A stretch of DNA of 64,000 bases from Podarcis erhardii. Its lineage: Eukaryota. The notes under the pieces were generated by a model. It saw nothing but the letters and a program-made list of their open reading frames with translations, made no database searches and was not told the DNA's origin. The stretch lies in assembly GCA_964252035.1 (NCBI GenBank), contig OZ176203.1; one strand, written 5' to 3'. A program made the position numbers and the translations under genes. Position 1 is the stretch's first letter, and the number at the start of each line of letters is the position of its first letter. Shown here in pieces: positions 63,820-64,000 of this stretch.

Positions 63820-64000
63820 GACGCGGGTGGCGCTGTGGGTAAAACCTCAGTGCCTAGGACTTGCCGATCGTATGGTCAGCAGTTCGAATCCCCGCGGCGG
63901 GGTGAGCTCCCGTCGTTCGGTCCTAGCTCCTGCCCACCTAGCAGTTCGAAAGCACCCCTAAGTGCAAGTAGATAAATAGGTACCGCTTTATAGCGGGAAG
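63820..64000 (+). mobile_element. Sauria SINE 5' part, running off the window
   Basis: GACGCGGGTGGCGCTGTGGG head, GTTCGAATCCC B box, AAGTGCAAGTAGATAAATAGGTACCGC body. Confidence 0.92.

Noticed and set aside
55404-64000. Search for the terminal DDX10 exon (DTGLSLAEDEELVLHLL-like)
   Set aside because: No such peptide was seen; the exon presumably lies beyond the window.

Overview
Eukaryotic genomic DNA from a squamate reptile, probably a lacertid lizard (inferred from the Sauria SINE, Bov-B and MITE families). The window holds four small + strand coding exons from the 3' half of the DEAD-box helicase gene DDX10 (3380-3493, 6870-7031, 20833-20889, 55279-55403), all with AG/GT boundaries and compatible phases. 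Introns are about 3.4, 13.8 and 34.4 kb; the last exon lies beyond the window. The introns are full of transposons, many with readable target-site duplications (TSDs): an L2 RT fragment, three Bov-B 3' ends, a young L1 3' end, Sauria and tRNA-Lys-derived SINEs, hAT and Tc1/pogo MITEs, and LTR-like pieces. The most striking objects are two very young Penelope-like insertions (30347-30811, 36335-36592). Each is a perfect 99-126 bp fold-back whose centre sits on a minimal type I hammerhead ribozyme motif, which puts two sense-strand ribozyme motifs in the same DDX10 intron. Most other ORFs in the track are TE-derived or spurious. Family names come from recognition and were not checked against a database.
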